From the NCBI GenBank assembly GCA_040767965.1, contig JAXGNR010000005.1, positions 96,001 to 160,000 of the forward strand: a stretch of 64,000 nt of DNA, in the 5' to 3' direction. Origin of the DNA: Atribacterota bacterium. Lineage in GTDB: Bacteria; Atribacterota; Phoenicimicrobiia; Phoenicimicrobiales; Stramentimicrobiaceae. The notes beneath the pieces are model-generated. The model worked only from the letters and a program-made list of their open reading frames with translations. It ran no database searches and was not told where the DNA came from. This document shows, piece by piece, positions 10,421-19,855 of the stretch. Numbering within the stretch: the stretch's first letter is position 1; each line of letters begins with the position of its first letter. Made by a program: the position numbers and the translations under genes.

Positions 10421-10885
10421 ATTAATATAAATATATTTGATGATTTACAGCAAATTTTCAATAATCGAATTCTTTTGATTGCGTTAACAGTATGGAGCAT
10501 CAACCAGATTATTAAGGTGATTCTTTTTTATATTACTGAAAAAAAAATGGATCCTGGTAGAATTTTTGGAGCCGGAGGAATGCCAAGCACTCATTCTGCT
10601 TTGTCAGTTAGCGTAGCAGTTTCTATAGGATATAAAGAAGGATGGGAGTCTACTATATTTGCTTTGGCATTAACTACAGCAATTATAGTGATGGCTGATG
10701 CAGCTGGAGTTAGAAGGGCTACAGGAGAGCAAGCAAAGGTTTTAAACAGAATTATTATTGAATTTTTTGAAGAAATAAAAATTAGAGATGAGCGATTAAA
10801 AGAGTTCATCGGTCATACTCCTTTTGAGGTAATAGTCGGTGCTATTATAGGATTAATTATTGCTACTATAATGTCTGTTTATTAA
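10421..10885 (+). CDS. Divergent PAP2 / DUF212 family membrane protein (possible ATT start at 10421; track start is TTG 10475)
   Basis: GGMPSTHSA, DAAGVRR and GHTPFEV motifs; the frame is open upstream to 10415. Confidence 0.85.
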   Translation: MNINIFDDLQQIFNNRILLIALTVWSINQIIKVILFYITEKKMDPGRIFGAGGMPSTHSALSVSVAVSIGYKEGWESTIFALALTTAIIVMADAAGVRRATGEQAKVLNRIIIEFFEEIKIRDERLKEFIGHTPFEVIVGAIIGLIIATIMSVY

Positions 10886-10921
10886 AAAGTTAAAAATCTA
10901 AAATCAGGTATAGATAAATAT

Positions 10922-11272
10922 ATGGATCGTAAAAAAGAATTAAAACAACAATATAAGCAGATGAAGACAAAGATGGGGTTATATATGATATACTCTGCTG
11001 CAAATAAAAAATCTTTTATTGAAACTACCAAAGACTTAAAAGGTAGAATAAATATGACCAAATTTAAATTAGAACTGGGAAATCATCCGGTAAAATCCCT
11101 CCAGGAAGACTGGAAAAAATTTGGTAAAAGTAATTTTACTATTGAAATTCTTGAAGAGGTTGGATATGAGGAAGGTAAATTAGAGAATGATTACCAGGAT
11201 GAACTATCATTTATGGAGATGATCTGGGAAGAAAAACTTCTAAAGCAAAATGTAGAACTATATAAGAAATAA
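10922..11272 (+). CDS. Small GIY-YIG-like protein (LuxR-associated subfamily)
   Basis: MDRKKELKQQYK, MGLYMI and LQEDWKKFG..NF.IEILE pattern. Confidence 0.7.
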   Translation: MDRKKELKQQYKQMKTKMGLYMIYSAANKKSFIETTKDLKGRINMTKFKLELGNHPVKSLQEDWKKFGKSNFTIEILEEVGYEEGKLENDYQDELSFMEMIWEEKLLKQNVELYKK

Positions 11273-11286
11273 TCAAACTAAAAAAT

Positions 11287-12360
11287 TTAACTACTATGCT
11301 TTTGCTGATTATGATTTTTTAAGATATTTTTATATAATTTACCTATCTTCCTCTCTTTTTGCCTTTTCTCAGCATAAGACATTTCGTAAAATTCTGATTC
11401 TTTCTGCATTTTAAGATAATTATCATATCTTTCTTGTGAAAGCAATCCACTGTTTAATGCTTCCAGGACAGCACATCCTTTTTCTGAAGCGTGCGTACAA
11501 TTACTAAATCGGCACTGCAAAGCTAGTTCTGATATTTCCTGAAAAGTTTGGCTAATTCCTTTTTGAGAGTCAGTTATACCTAATTCTTTCATTCCAGGGG
11601 TATCAATAATAGTACTGCCATTAATGAGTCTGATTAGCTGGCGATTGGTAGTTGTGTGTTTTCCTTTACCATCTTTGCGGACCTCTCCAGTTTTAAATAA
11701 ATTTTTTTCCAGAATATGATTCAGAAGAGTTGTTTTACCTACTCCCGATGAACCTAATAAGCAATAAGTCATCCCGCAGGAAAGTAATCCGGATATTTGC
11801 TCCAGATTGCTTCGTAGAAAATTGCTGAAAGGTATTATGATAAGATCTGGCATAATAGAAACTATTTCTGAAATTTTGCTGTCTGTTTCCTTTTGAAATA
11901 AAAGATCACTTTTACTGAGTAGTATTATTGGCTGTATATTACTCTCCTTGCTGATTGCAATGTAACGTTCCAGTCTCCTTAAATTAAAATCCTGGTCCAA
12001 TGATTGGATAATTAACGAAATATCAACATTGGCGGCAATTAATTGATATTCAGTTTTTCGACCGGCGATCTTTCTCTTTAATAATGTTTTTCTAGGGATA
12101 ATAGCATGGATAATAGCTGATTGATTTTGATTAAAAGGTTGTGTAAGAACCCAATCTCCCACTGTAGGAAAATCTAAAGATGATTCCAGATTGAATAAAA
12201 GATTACCGCTTAGTTCAGCAAAGACTTCATTGTGATCTCTGATTATCGTATAGCTATTTTTATGAACACTGGAAATCCTGGTAATCTCAAAATTGTCAAA
12301 TTTAAACGGTTTTGCTTTTTGTAAGACCCATTGAGGGATGTTCAAATTATTTATATTCAT
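11287..12360 (-). CDS. rsgA: Ribosome small subunit-dependent GTPase A
   Basis: PTVGDWV, AANVD, SKSD, GSSGVGKTT, GKHTT and DTPG motifs; C-terminal CRFSNCTHASEKGC Zn finger. Confidence 0.93.
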   Translation of the reverse strand: MNINNLNIPQWVLQKAKPFKFDNFEITRISSVHKNSYTIIRDHNEVFAELSGNLLFNLESSLDFPTVGDWVLTQPFNQNQSAIIHAIIPRKTLLKRKIAGRKTEYQLIAANVDISLIIQSLDQDFNLRRLERYIAISKESNIQPIILLSKSDLLFQKETDSKISEIVSIMPDLIIIPFSNFLRSNLEQISGLLSCGMTYCLLGSSGVGKTTLLNHILEKNLFKTGEVRKDGKGKHTTTNRQLIRLINGSTIIDTPGMKELGITDSQKGISQTFQEISELALQCRFSNCTHASEKGCAVLEALNSGLLSQERYDNYLKMQKESEFYEMSYAEKRQKERKIGKLYKNILKNHNQQKHSS

Positions 12361-12564
12361 TACTGGTACCTTTATTAAGTTTTACTTTGGTAAAAATTCT
12401 CCGATATTGACTTTCATTATAAAATTGTTAATTAATAATATTATGAAAAAAACATAAAAGCAAATATAATTAAGATAGTAAAAACTGAGAATATACGCCA
12501 AAATAGACAACAGAGTAATTATAATTATTTTATCTAAAAAATGTTTAGAAAAGGAGAATCATCA

Positions 12565-13452
12565 ATGGATAAAACATTAAGAGAAGAAGAGATTAAGGAA
12601 TTGAAAAAAGCTCAACAGGATGAACTGGTCGGGCAGGAAGTTTATGGCAAGTTAGCAAAATTAGTTAAAGACAAACATAATTCTGCTGTTTTAGCAAAAA
12701 TTGCTGAAGATGAGAGAGAACATGCCAAAATATTTCAAAAATACACAAAAACTGACTTAAAAGTGAACAAATGGCGTGTATTCTTTTATGTCTTAATATC
12801 CCGGGTATTTGGGTTGACTTTTGGCATTAAGTTACAAGAAAAAGGAGAAGAGGCCGCTCAAAATAGCTATAAAAAAATGCTGCAGGCTATTCCTGAAATG
12901 AAAGCAATTATAGAAGCTGAAGAAAAACATGAGGCTGAATTAATTGGTATGATAAATGAAGAAAGATTATCTTATATGAGCTCAGTTGTTTTGGGTTTAA
13001 ATGATGCACTTGTAGAATTAACCGGAGCCCTGGCTGGTTTTACTTTATCAATTCAAAATTCTAGAATGATTGCCCTGCTTGGATTGATCACTGGAATTTC
13101 TGCATCATTTTCCATGGCTGCCAGCGAATATTTATCTACCAAGTCAGAATCTGATCCAGAGGAACAAAAGAGGGCAGGTAAATCAGCTTTATATACCGGA
13201 ACTGCCTATATTTTAACTGTAATTGCTTTAGTTGTTCCGTATTTTTTAATTAGCAATTATATCTACAGTCTTTTAACCACAATCGTTATTGCTTTATTTA
13301 TAATATTTATCTTTAACTATTATATTTCAGTTGCCAATGATTATAACTTCAAAAAAAGATTTATGGAAATGGCTACAATTAGTATTGGTGTAGCAGCCCT
13401 TTCTTTTGTTATTGGATATTTAGTAAAAAACTTTTTAGGTTTTGAGCTATAG
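12565..13452 (+). CDS. Ferritin/rubrerythrin-like domain fused to a VIT1/CCC1 transporter
   Basis: EDEREH and EAEEKH di-iron motifs; LGLNDALVE and SMAASEYLS VIT motifs; SD AAGGAG before ATG 12565. Confidence 0.85.
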   Translation: MDKTLREEEIKELKKAQQDELVGQEVYGKLAKLVKDKHNSAVLAKIAEDEREHAKIFQKYTKTDLKVNKWRVFFYVLISRVFGLTFGIKLQEKGEEAAQNSYKKMLQAIPEMKAIIEAEEKHEAELIGMINEERLSYMSSVVLGLNDALVELTGALAGFTLSIQNSRMIALLGLITGISASFSMAASEYLSTKSESDPEEQKRAGKSALYTGTAYILTVIALVVPYFLISNYIYSLLTTIVIALFIIFIFNYYISVANDYNFKKRFMEMATISIGVAALSFVIGYLVKNFLGFEL

Positions 13453-13601
13453 GTATAATCAATAAATATTTCAGAACAGAACAAATTAATTTTATTGTTT
13501 GATAACATTTTTGAAAGTAATAATCTTAATATAATTGTATTCTTGTAATTAATATAATAGAATAATCAATATTTTATTATGAAAAGAAAAGGTGGGGAAA
13601 A

Positions 13602-14159
13602 GTGAATAATGAAGAAGACAAACAGAAAGTTGAACTTGACTGTGCAAAAGAGCAAATAGCAAGAGTGTGCCAAAGACTGGCTCTTTTGCACCTGTCATTT
13701 GCAAAAACAATTACCGATAAGCTGGGCAAAGAAGAAGGAAGAAAGCTGATTTTGGAAGCAATTAAAGATTATGGTAACAGAATTGGAGTAGAGGCAAAAG
13801 AACTGACAGAAAGACAGGGACTTGCAAATACACCTGAAAATTATAAAAGTGATCTGCCTTTTTTTGGTATGCATGAAAAGGTTGAAGAGGTAAAAGTGGA
13901 TGGAGAAGATAGAAAAAGATCCTATGGGTGTGTAATGGGAGAACTCTGGAAAAAATTAGGAGAAAATGAACTTGGTCGCTTGTATTGCTATGTTGATCCT
14001 GCAAAATATATGGCTTACAATCCTGAATATGTTTTAGTTCATAGAAAATCCATTCCGGATGGTGATCAATTCTGTGAATTCATTGTCAGGAAGACAACTA
14101 AAAAGGAACAGAAAGATTTTCAAAGCCAGGAGCAAGATTGGTCTTATATTGATGAATAA
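13602..14159 (+). CDS. ATC-hydrolase-like (L-2-amino-thiazoline-4-carboxylate hydrolase family) / V4R-like protein
   Basis: GC..W..LG...LGRLYC.VD and GDQFCEF pattern. Confidence 0.6.
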   Translation: MNNEEDKQKVELDCAKEQIARVCQRLALLHLSFAKTITDKLGKEEGRKLILEAIKDYGNRIGVEAKELTERQGLANTPENYKSDLPFFGMHEKVEEVKVDGEDRKRSYGCVMGELWKKLGENELGRLYCYVDPAKYMAYNPEYVLVHRKSIPDGDQFCEFIVRKTTKKEQKDFQSQEQDWSYIDE

Positions 14160-14305
14160 TAAATCAGGCGGAAAAACAACAGAACAGAAACTCAATTAAA
14201 ACTTTATTATTCTTAGTAACAGCATATTTAAATATTTATATTCAATATAAAAGAATATTGTTGAATCTAGTTAAAAAAGAAAAAATTGAAAGAAAAGAGG
14301 CTAAA

Positions 14306-14788
14306 ATGTGGTTTATATATTTAACCGGAACTATATTATCTTTATCTTTCTTGCTGGATAGGGGAAAAACTAAATTAGCCCTGATAAAGGCTGCAAAAAG
14401 ATTTTTGTTTATTATACCTTCTTTTATGATAATGCTAGTATTTGTGTCGATAATATTATTTCTTTTCCCGCAAGAAAAAATAGTAATTTACCTTAACCAG
14501 GGTAACCAGATGTTAAATGTCATCTTGGCTGCATTGGTAGGCTCAATTACTATTATGCCGGGTTTTGTGGTTTTCCCACTAGCAGGTATTCTGAGAAATA
14601 GTGGAATATCTTATACTGTTATTGCTTCCTTTACTACTACTTTGATGATGGTGGGAACAATAACATTTCCTGTTGAGATAACTTATTTTGGCAAAAAAGT
14701 AACTGTAATCCGTAATGTGGTCAGTTTTTTAATCGCAATTATTATTGCATTAGCGATCGGGATTTATTTTAAAGAGGTTTCTTTATGA
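14306..14788 (+). CDS. Predicted permease (DUF318/ArsP-like), first of a pair
   Basis: Hydrophobic; GSITIMPGFVVFPLA and TLMMVG..TFP.E...FG motifs. Confidence 0.7.
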   Translation: MWFIYLTGTILSLSFLLDRGKTKLALIKAAKRFLFIIPSFMIMLVFVSIILFLFPQEKIVIYLNQGNQMLNVILAALVGSITIMPGFVVFPLAGILRNSGISYTVIASFTTTLMMVGTITFPVEITYFGKKVTVIRNVVSFLIAIIIALAIGIYFKEVSL

Positions 14789-15318
14789 AAAAAGATACAA
14801 AAAATAAAAAAAATAAATATATTCAGCTTAGCATTATAGCTTTTTATCTGGTTTTCATTTTACTTTCATTTATTTTTAAAGTTGATGCGGGAGTTGAAAT
14901 AGGGAAAAATTTAATTTCTTTTTTGCTTTATATGCTAAAAATATTACCCTGTGCTTTCATATTAATTGGCTTGTTTGAGGTTTGGGTTTCCAGAGAAAAA
15001 GTTGAAAAACATCTTGGTTATGCAGGTGGTATAAGAGGGTATATCTGGGCAATAATTTTAGCAGGCACAATGGCAGGAGGTCTGCTGGTTGCATTGCCTG
15101 TTTCATCGGCATTATATCATAAAGGTGCCCGATTAAGTGTTATTTTTACCTTCATAAGTGCTTCTGCAATAGTGAGAATACCTATGACTTTATTTGAGGC
15201 TTCTTTTTTAGGAATAGAATTTACTATAATAAGATGGCTTATTTCAATTCCTTTAATAATTACCTTTTCCATATTTTTAGAAAAATATTTAAAAAAACAA
15301 AATTTTTCAATTACATAA
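14785..15318 (+). CDS. Predicted permease (DUF318/ArsP-like), second of a pair
   Basis: LIGLFEVWV, L.HKGA and RIPMTLFEASFLG motifs; ATGA overlap with the previous gene. Confidence 0.7.
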   Translation: MKKDTKNKKNKYIQLSIIAFYLVFILLSFIFKVDAGVEIGKNLISFLLYMLKILPCAFILIGLFEVWVSREKVEKHLGYAGGIRGYIWAIILAGTMAGGLLVALPVSSALYHKGARLSVIFTFISASAIVRIPMTLFEASFLGIEFTIIRWLISIPLIITFSIFLEKYLKKQNFSIT

Positions 15319-15374
15319 TTAGATCTTAACAAACAAATAAAATGGATTATTATAAGAAAATAAAGAGGAATTAT

Positions 15375-15402
15375 TTGACTTTTTTTGTAAATGTTGTATA
15401 AT
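15375..15402 (+). promoter_or_regulatory. Sigma70-type promoter for the RRM gene (about 140-nt 5' UTR)
   Basis: TTGACT-N16-TATAAT. Confidence 0.5.
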
Positions 15403-15551
15403 TTAATGGTTAATTAAAATTTTTTTGTATAATACAGAAAATATTTTTTTGTAACAGAAATACAGTAATATAAAAATAGAGTTTTGATTTATCTTGATAT
15501 TTTTACCTCTAAATTTAATGTTACTGAAAAAATAAAAAGGAGGGAAAAAAT

Positions 15552-15824
15552 ATGCAAGGTAGTAAAGTTTACGTAGGAAATCTAAATTATTCAGTGAATA
15601 ACCAACAACTGGAAGAGCTTTTTGCTAATTATGGCACTGTTAAGAGTGTTAATATTATCGAAGGCAAAGGTTTTGGTTTTGTGGAAATGTCTTCTTCTGA
15701 AGAAGCAGAATCTGCTAAACAGGCATTAAATGATACTGAATTTAACGGTAGACCATTAAAAATAGACGAAGCTAGACCTCAAAAGCCAAGAAGAGATTTT
15801 GGCGGATATAGAAATCGTTATTAA
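15552..15824 (+). CDS. RNA-binding protein (single RRM domain)
   Basis: RNP2 VYVGNL and RNP1 KGFGFVEM. Confidence 0.95.
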   Translation: MQGSKVYVGNLNYSVNNQQLEELFANYGTVKSVNIIEGKGFGFVEMSSSEEAESAKQALNDTEFNGRPLKIDEARPQKPRRDFGGYRNRY

Positions 15825-15830
15825 TAGATA

Positions 15831-15870
15831 AAAAAGCCCTTTTGATGGAAATCAAGAGGGCTTTTTCTTT
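15831..15870 (+). terminator. Rho-independent terminator
   Basis: AAAAAGCCCTTTTGAT-GGAA-ATCAAGAGGGCTTTTT followed by CTTT. Confidence 0.85.
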
Positions 15871-15918
15871 ATGTATTTTTTGCCTGATAAAAACAAAAAA
15901 AATACTACAGGACGCAGA

Positions 15919-16785
15919 ATGGATAAAAAAGAAATAAAAAGTATTGCAGCAGATTATATTAAAAATTCAAATGATAATTACATTAATGAAAAATATGCCA
16001 TTTCAAAAAAATTAATTGGTACTAAAATATTTAATATACCTATATTTTCCTTTGGCAGTGCAGATGATGAATTATTTAAAAAACTAAAAGAACCATCAGT
16101 TATAGGTGAACATTTTTTATTACCGAAAGAATGGCTAACAAATGCCAAAACCGTAATTTCTTTCTTTTTGCCATTTAGTAAACAAGTACGAGAAAGCAAT
16201 TACCATGATCAAAAATGGCCTTCAGCAGAATGGTTACATGCCCGCATAGAAGGTCAGGAATTACTGAATAAATTATGTTCTTTTTTAAAGGAAAAAATAG
16301 AAAAGGAAAATTACAAAAGTATTGTACCTATATTTGATTCAAGGTTTTGGAGTAATACAAATGATAAGAAAAAAGAACTAATTAAGAATAAAAACCAGCT
16401 TGATCCACCTCTTTTTACCAGCAATTGGTCAGAAAGGCATACAGCATACATCTGTGGTCTAGGCACTTTTGGCCTTTCCAAAGGATTAATAACAAAAAAA
16501 GGAATAGCTGGCAGGTTTGGAAGTATTGTTACAGAAAAATATTTCCGACCAGATAAGCGAAAATATGACATGGTATCTGAATATTGCAGCAGGTGTGGGG
16601 AATGCGCAAAGCAATGTCCTGTAAATGCAATTTCTTTGCAGAATGGCAAAAACCATTTTATTTGTTCTGATTTTTTGAAGATTACCAGATCAAAATATAG
16701 TCCCCGTTATGGCTGCGGGAAGTGTCAGGTAAATGTCCCCTGTGAAAACAAAATACCTGTTAAATCCCTTAAAGAAAGTACTTAG
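15919..16785 (+). CDS. QueG-like (epoxyqueuosine reductase family) Fe-S protein
   Basis: WSERHTAYICGLGTFG and GRFGS motifs; CSRCGECAKQCP and CGKCQVNVPC cluster motifs. Confidence 0.75.
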   Translation: MDKKEIKSIAADYIKNSNDNYINEKYAISKKLIGTKIFNIPIFSFGSADDELFKKLKEPSVIGEHFLLPKEWLTNAKTVISFFLPFSKQVRESNYHDQKWPSAEWLHARIEGQELLNKLCSFLKEKIEKENYKSIVPIFDSRFWSNTNDKKKELIKNKNQLDPPLFTSNWSERHTAYICGLGTFGLSKGLITKKGIAGRFGSIVTEKYFRPDKRKYDMVSEYCSRCGECAKQCPVNAISLQNGKNHFICSDFLKITRSKYSPRYGCGKCQVNVPCENKIPVKSLKEST

Positions 16786-16797
16786 TTAATTTTATAG

Positions 16798-17064
16798 TTA
16801 ATGCCGATCCCTTTCCAGGTCATAAATCATTTTTTCTAAATACCATTCTTCAGATCGATTTGGGTATTTTTGCTTAAGATTTGCTAATAGCCTGTCTATT
16901 GTTTCATCTGCTAACTCAGGGGTCAGACGTAATAAGGAATAACACCTTTGTCGCAATACCTTTTTCTTGCCGGGTACCTTGCTTTTTTTAGCTATATAAA
17001 ATATATAAATATAGATTACTACCAGAAATAAGGCTGTCCCGAAGATATAGAAAACCTGCTTCAT
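16798..17064 (-). CDS. Small hypothetical membrane-anchored protein
   Basis: N-terminal TM helix; C-terminal KYPNRSEEWYLEKMIYDLERDR resembles a conserved hypothetical tail; SD AAGG. Confidence 0.65.
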   Translation of the reverse strand: MKQVFYIFGTALFLVVIYIYIFYIAKKSKVPGKKKVLRQRCYSLLRLTPELADETIDRLLANLKQKYPNRSEEWYLEKMIYDLERDRH

Positions 17065-17113
17065 AATAAAATACCTTTTTAGAATATGATTTATAAAAAT
17101 AGTTTCTTAAAAA

Positions 17114-17226
17114 TGCCAGTCACATCTTTAGTTGTATTGGTAGGTTATTTTAACACTACTATAAATGTTTTTACAAGTTTTTATAAGCATATGTTATAAT
17201 TTAAAATCAAAAAGTTGCCAATCACA
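17114..17226 (+). promoter_or_regulatory. Extended -10 promoter flanked by two 11-bp direct repeats
   Basis: TGCCAGTCACA (17114) and TGCCAATCACA (17216) flank TGTTATAAT (17192-17200). Confidence 0.45.
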
Positions 17227-17301
17227 AAAAAACAGCCGAACAGAAAAATTGATAGCATTTATTTGTTTAAAAAATATTGTTTTGGATAATGGAGAGATGT
17301 T

Positions 17302-18339
17302 TTGATCGATATTGGAAGAGAAGAAGAGTTAATATCTTATTTACGCAAAATTAATTTTATCTCAACAGGAAATCCAGTCCAGATAAGCGAGTTTGGCGGA
17401 GGAGTCTCCTGTAAAGTAATTCAGGTAAAAACAAACGGAAATAGCTTTGTAATAAAACAGGCTTTATCAAAATTAAAAGTAAAAGACAGTTGGTATTCTG
17501 ACAGAAGTAGAATAATAAATGAAAGAAAATGTTTAGAAGTATATCAGGAGATAATTCCCGATTTCGTTCCCGGGATTTTATATCATGATGACGCCAACTA
17601 TCTTTTTATCATGGAATCAATATCGCCCAATGCAATTCCCTGGAAAAATATACTGTTAAAAGGGAATATTGATTATGATGTAGGGAGAAAAATATCATTT
17701 GCCCTGGCGAAAGTTCATGAACATTCATCAGGGGATTCCAAAATTAAAAATATATTCAATAGTGATAAATTTTTTATTGAGTTACGAATAGAACCTTATC
17801 TGGAGACAATTAAACAAAAACATCCGGCTTTAAATAATCTTATCAGTCAGGCAATCTATTTGCTTTTAACAGACAAAACAGTCCTGGTACATGGTGATTA
17901 TAGCCCAAAAAATATCCTAGTATTACATAAAAATATATTTATCCTGGATTTTGAGGTTGCTCATTGGGGGAATCCTATCTTTGACCTTGCTTTCTTAACC
18001 AACCATCTGCTGCTGAAGTCTATTAAAAATCCCCGGTTGATAGATGAATATCTGGGATTAATGATAGAGATGGTAAATGTGTATTTTGAAAACCGGGGAA
18101 GCGTAAATCGCGCGATTGTTGAAAAAGATACTATTAATTTATTAGCCCTTTTGTTTTTAGCAAGAGTTGATGGAAAATCCCCTGCTGAGTATATTGAAGC
18201 AGAAAGTGATAAAAAAGCAGTGAGAGAACTTAGCTATTCAATGTTATTAGAAGATAATTATGAAAAATATGAACAATTGCCTGATTTATTCAAAAAATAT
18301 TTATTGAAATTTAAGAAAGTAGAGGAATTAGATAAATAA
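17302..18339 (+). CDS. APH/choline-kinase-fold phosphotransferase, distantly methylthioribose-kinase-like
   Basis: GGGVSC loop, VIKQAL Lys, HGDYSPKN catalytic loop, LDFE and DLAF motifs. Confidence 0.82.
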   Translation: MIDIGREEELISYLRKINFISTGNPVQISEFGGGVSCKVIQVKTNGNSFVIKQALSKLKVKDSWYSDRSRIINERKCLEVYQEIIPDFVPGILYHDDANYLFIMESISPNAIPWKNILLKGNIDYDVGRKISFALAKVHEHSSGDSKIKNIFNSDKFFIELRIEPYLETIKQKHPALNNLISQAIYLLLTDKTVLVHGDYSPKNILVLHKNIFILDFEVAHWGNPIFDLAFLTNHLLLKSIKNPRLIDEYLGLMIEMVNVYFENRGSVNRAIVEKDTINLLALLFLARVDGKSPAEYIEAESDKKAVRELSYSMLLEDNYEKYEQLPDLFKKYLLKFKKVEELDK

Positions 18340-19637
18340 TGAGAGGCAGCAAAATTAAAGCAATTAACGCAAGGCAAATATATGATTCAAGAGCCAACCC
18401 GACAGTTGAAGTAGAGATATTTTTGGAAGGAGATATCATTGGTAGAGGAATAGTTCCTTCTGGAGCATCGAAAGGACGTTTTGAAGCATTAGAGTTGAGG
18501 GATGGTGATAAAGGCAGATTAAACGGTAAAAGTGTATTCAATGCTATTGAAAACATTAAAAATATTATTTCACCCAGACTATTGGGTATTGATGTTACTC
18601 AGCAAGAGAAGATAGATCAAATTTTAATAGAATTGGATGGCACTGAAAACAAATCCCGTTTAGGGGCAAATGCAATTTTGGGTGTTTCAATGGCGGCTGC
18701 ATGGGCTGGTGCCAGTTTTTTTAGAGTTCCACTTTATCGATACCTGGGAGGAGATGAAGCAAATCTGATACCAACTCCAATGATTCAAATTATTGGTGGC
18801 GGAGCCCATGCTAATAATGTTATTGATCTGCAGGATTATTTGGTGATACCGATGAAATCTGACAGTTTTGCTTCAGGCTATGAAATGGTTGTTAATGTCT
18901 ATGAAAGCACTAAAAAAATATTTAACCAAAAAAATAAGCCTTTAGGGATTGCTGATGAAGGTGGTTTTTGGCCTTCAGATTTTAAAACTAATGAGGAAGG
19001 ACTGGAATTGTTAATGAGCGGGATAATTGCCGCTGGTTATATACCAGGGGAAGATATTGCAATTGCCCTTGATATTGCCTCCAGTGAGTTTTATGATCAA
19101 AAAATAAAAAAGTATGTATTTGATCTAGAAAAAAAACAATTCACAAGTGCTGAATTTGTAGACTATTTGTGCAGTATTCAACAGAGATATCCAATAATTT
19201 CTATTGAAGATGGGATGGCTGAAGATGATTGGGAAGGCCATCAGCAATTATCAAAAAAACTAAAAGGAAAAGTACAGCTTATAGGTGATGACTTATTCAC
19301 TACTAATGTTAAACGAATAAAAAAAGGTTATGACTTTGGTATTAATAATGCTGTATTGATTAAAATGAATCAGATAGGTACCTTATCAGAAACATTAAAT
19401 GTAATAAAATATACTAAGGAAATAGGATATTTGCCTGTAATTTCAGCAAGATCTGGTGAAACTGAAGATGTGACAATAACTCATTTGGCAATAGCTACCA
19501 ATGCAGGCCAGTTAAAAGTAGGATCTGTAGTCAGGTCAGAACGAACTGTTAAATGGAATGAGGTTATCCGTATTGAAGATAAACTTGGCCAAAAAGCAAA
19601 ATATCTTGGCAAGCATGTTTTTGATAGTATTATTTGA
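18339..19637 (+). CDS. Enolase-family protein (divergent paralogue)
   Basis: DSRANPTVE, PSGAS, LGANAIL, DEGGF, GDDLF, LIKMNQIG and RSGETED motifs, with several non-canonical active-site residues. Confidence 0.88.
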   Translation: MRGSKIKAINARQIYDSRANPTVEVEIFLEGDIIGRGIVPSGASKGRFEALELRDGDKGRLNGKSVFNAIENIKNIISPRLLGIDVTQQEKIDQILIELDGTENKSRLGANAILGVSMAAAWAGASFFRVPLYRYLGGDEANLIPTPMIQIIGGGAHANNVIDLQDYLVIPMKSDSFASGYEMVVNVYESTKKIFNQKNKPLGIADEGGFWPSDFKTNEEGLELLMSGIIAAGYIPGEDIAIALDIASSEFYDQKIKKYVFDLEKKQFTSAEFVDYLCSIQQRYPIISIEDGMAEDDWEGHQQLSKKLKGKVQLIGDDLFTTNVKRIKKGYDFGINNAVLIKMNQIGTLSETLNVIKYTKEIGYLPVISARSGETEDVTITHLAIATNAGQLKVGSVVRSERTVKWNEVIRIEDKLGQKAKYLGKHVFDSII

Positions 19638-19855
19638 AATTATACTGGGACCATATTTTTTTCCATCGTAAATATAAAAGCAAGATGGATTCATTAAAAA
19701 AACTATATCTAAGCTAAATTGGAATTGCCATAATTTGAGCATTCCTTTTTCTTATTGGGAAAAACAGAAAGAAAAACAAAAAGATCTATTTGTGATCATA
19801 TTCTGAAAACTATTACTTGTTATCGGAAAAAATATAGTTTGCAGGAGGTTAAGTT

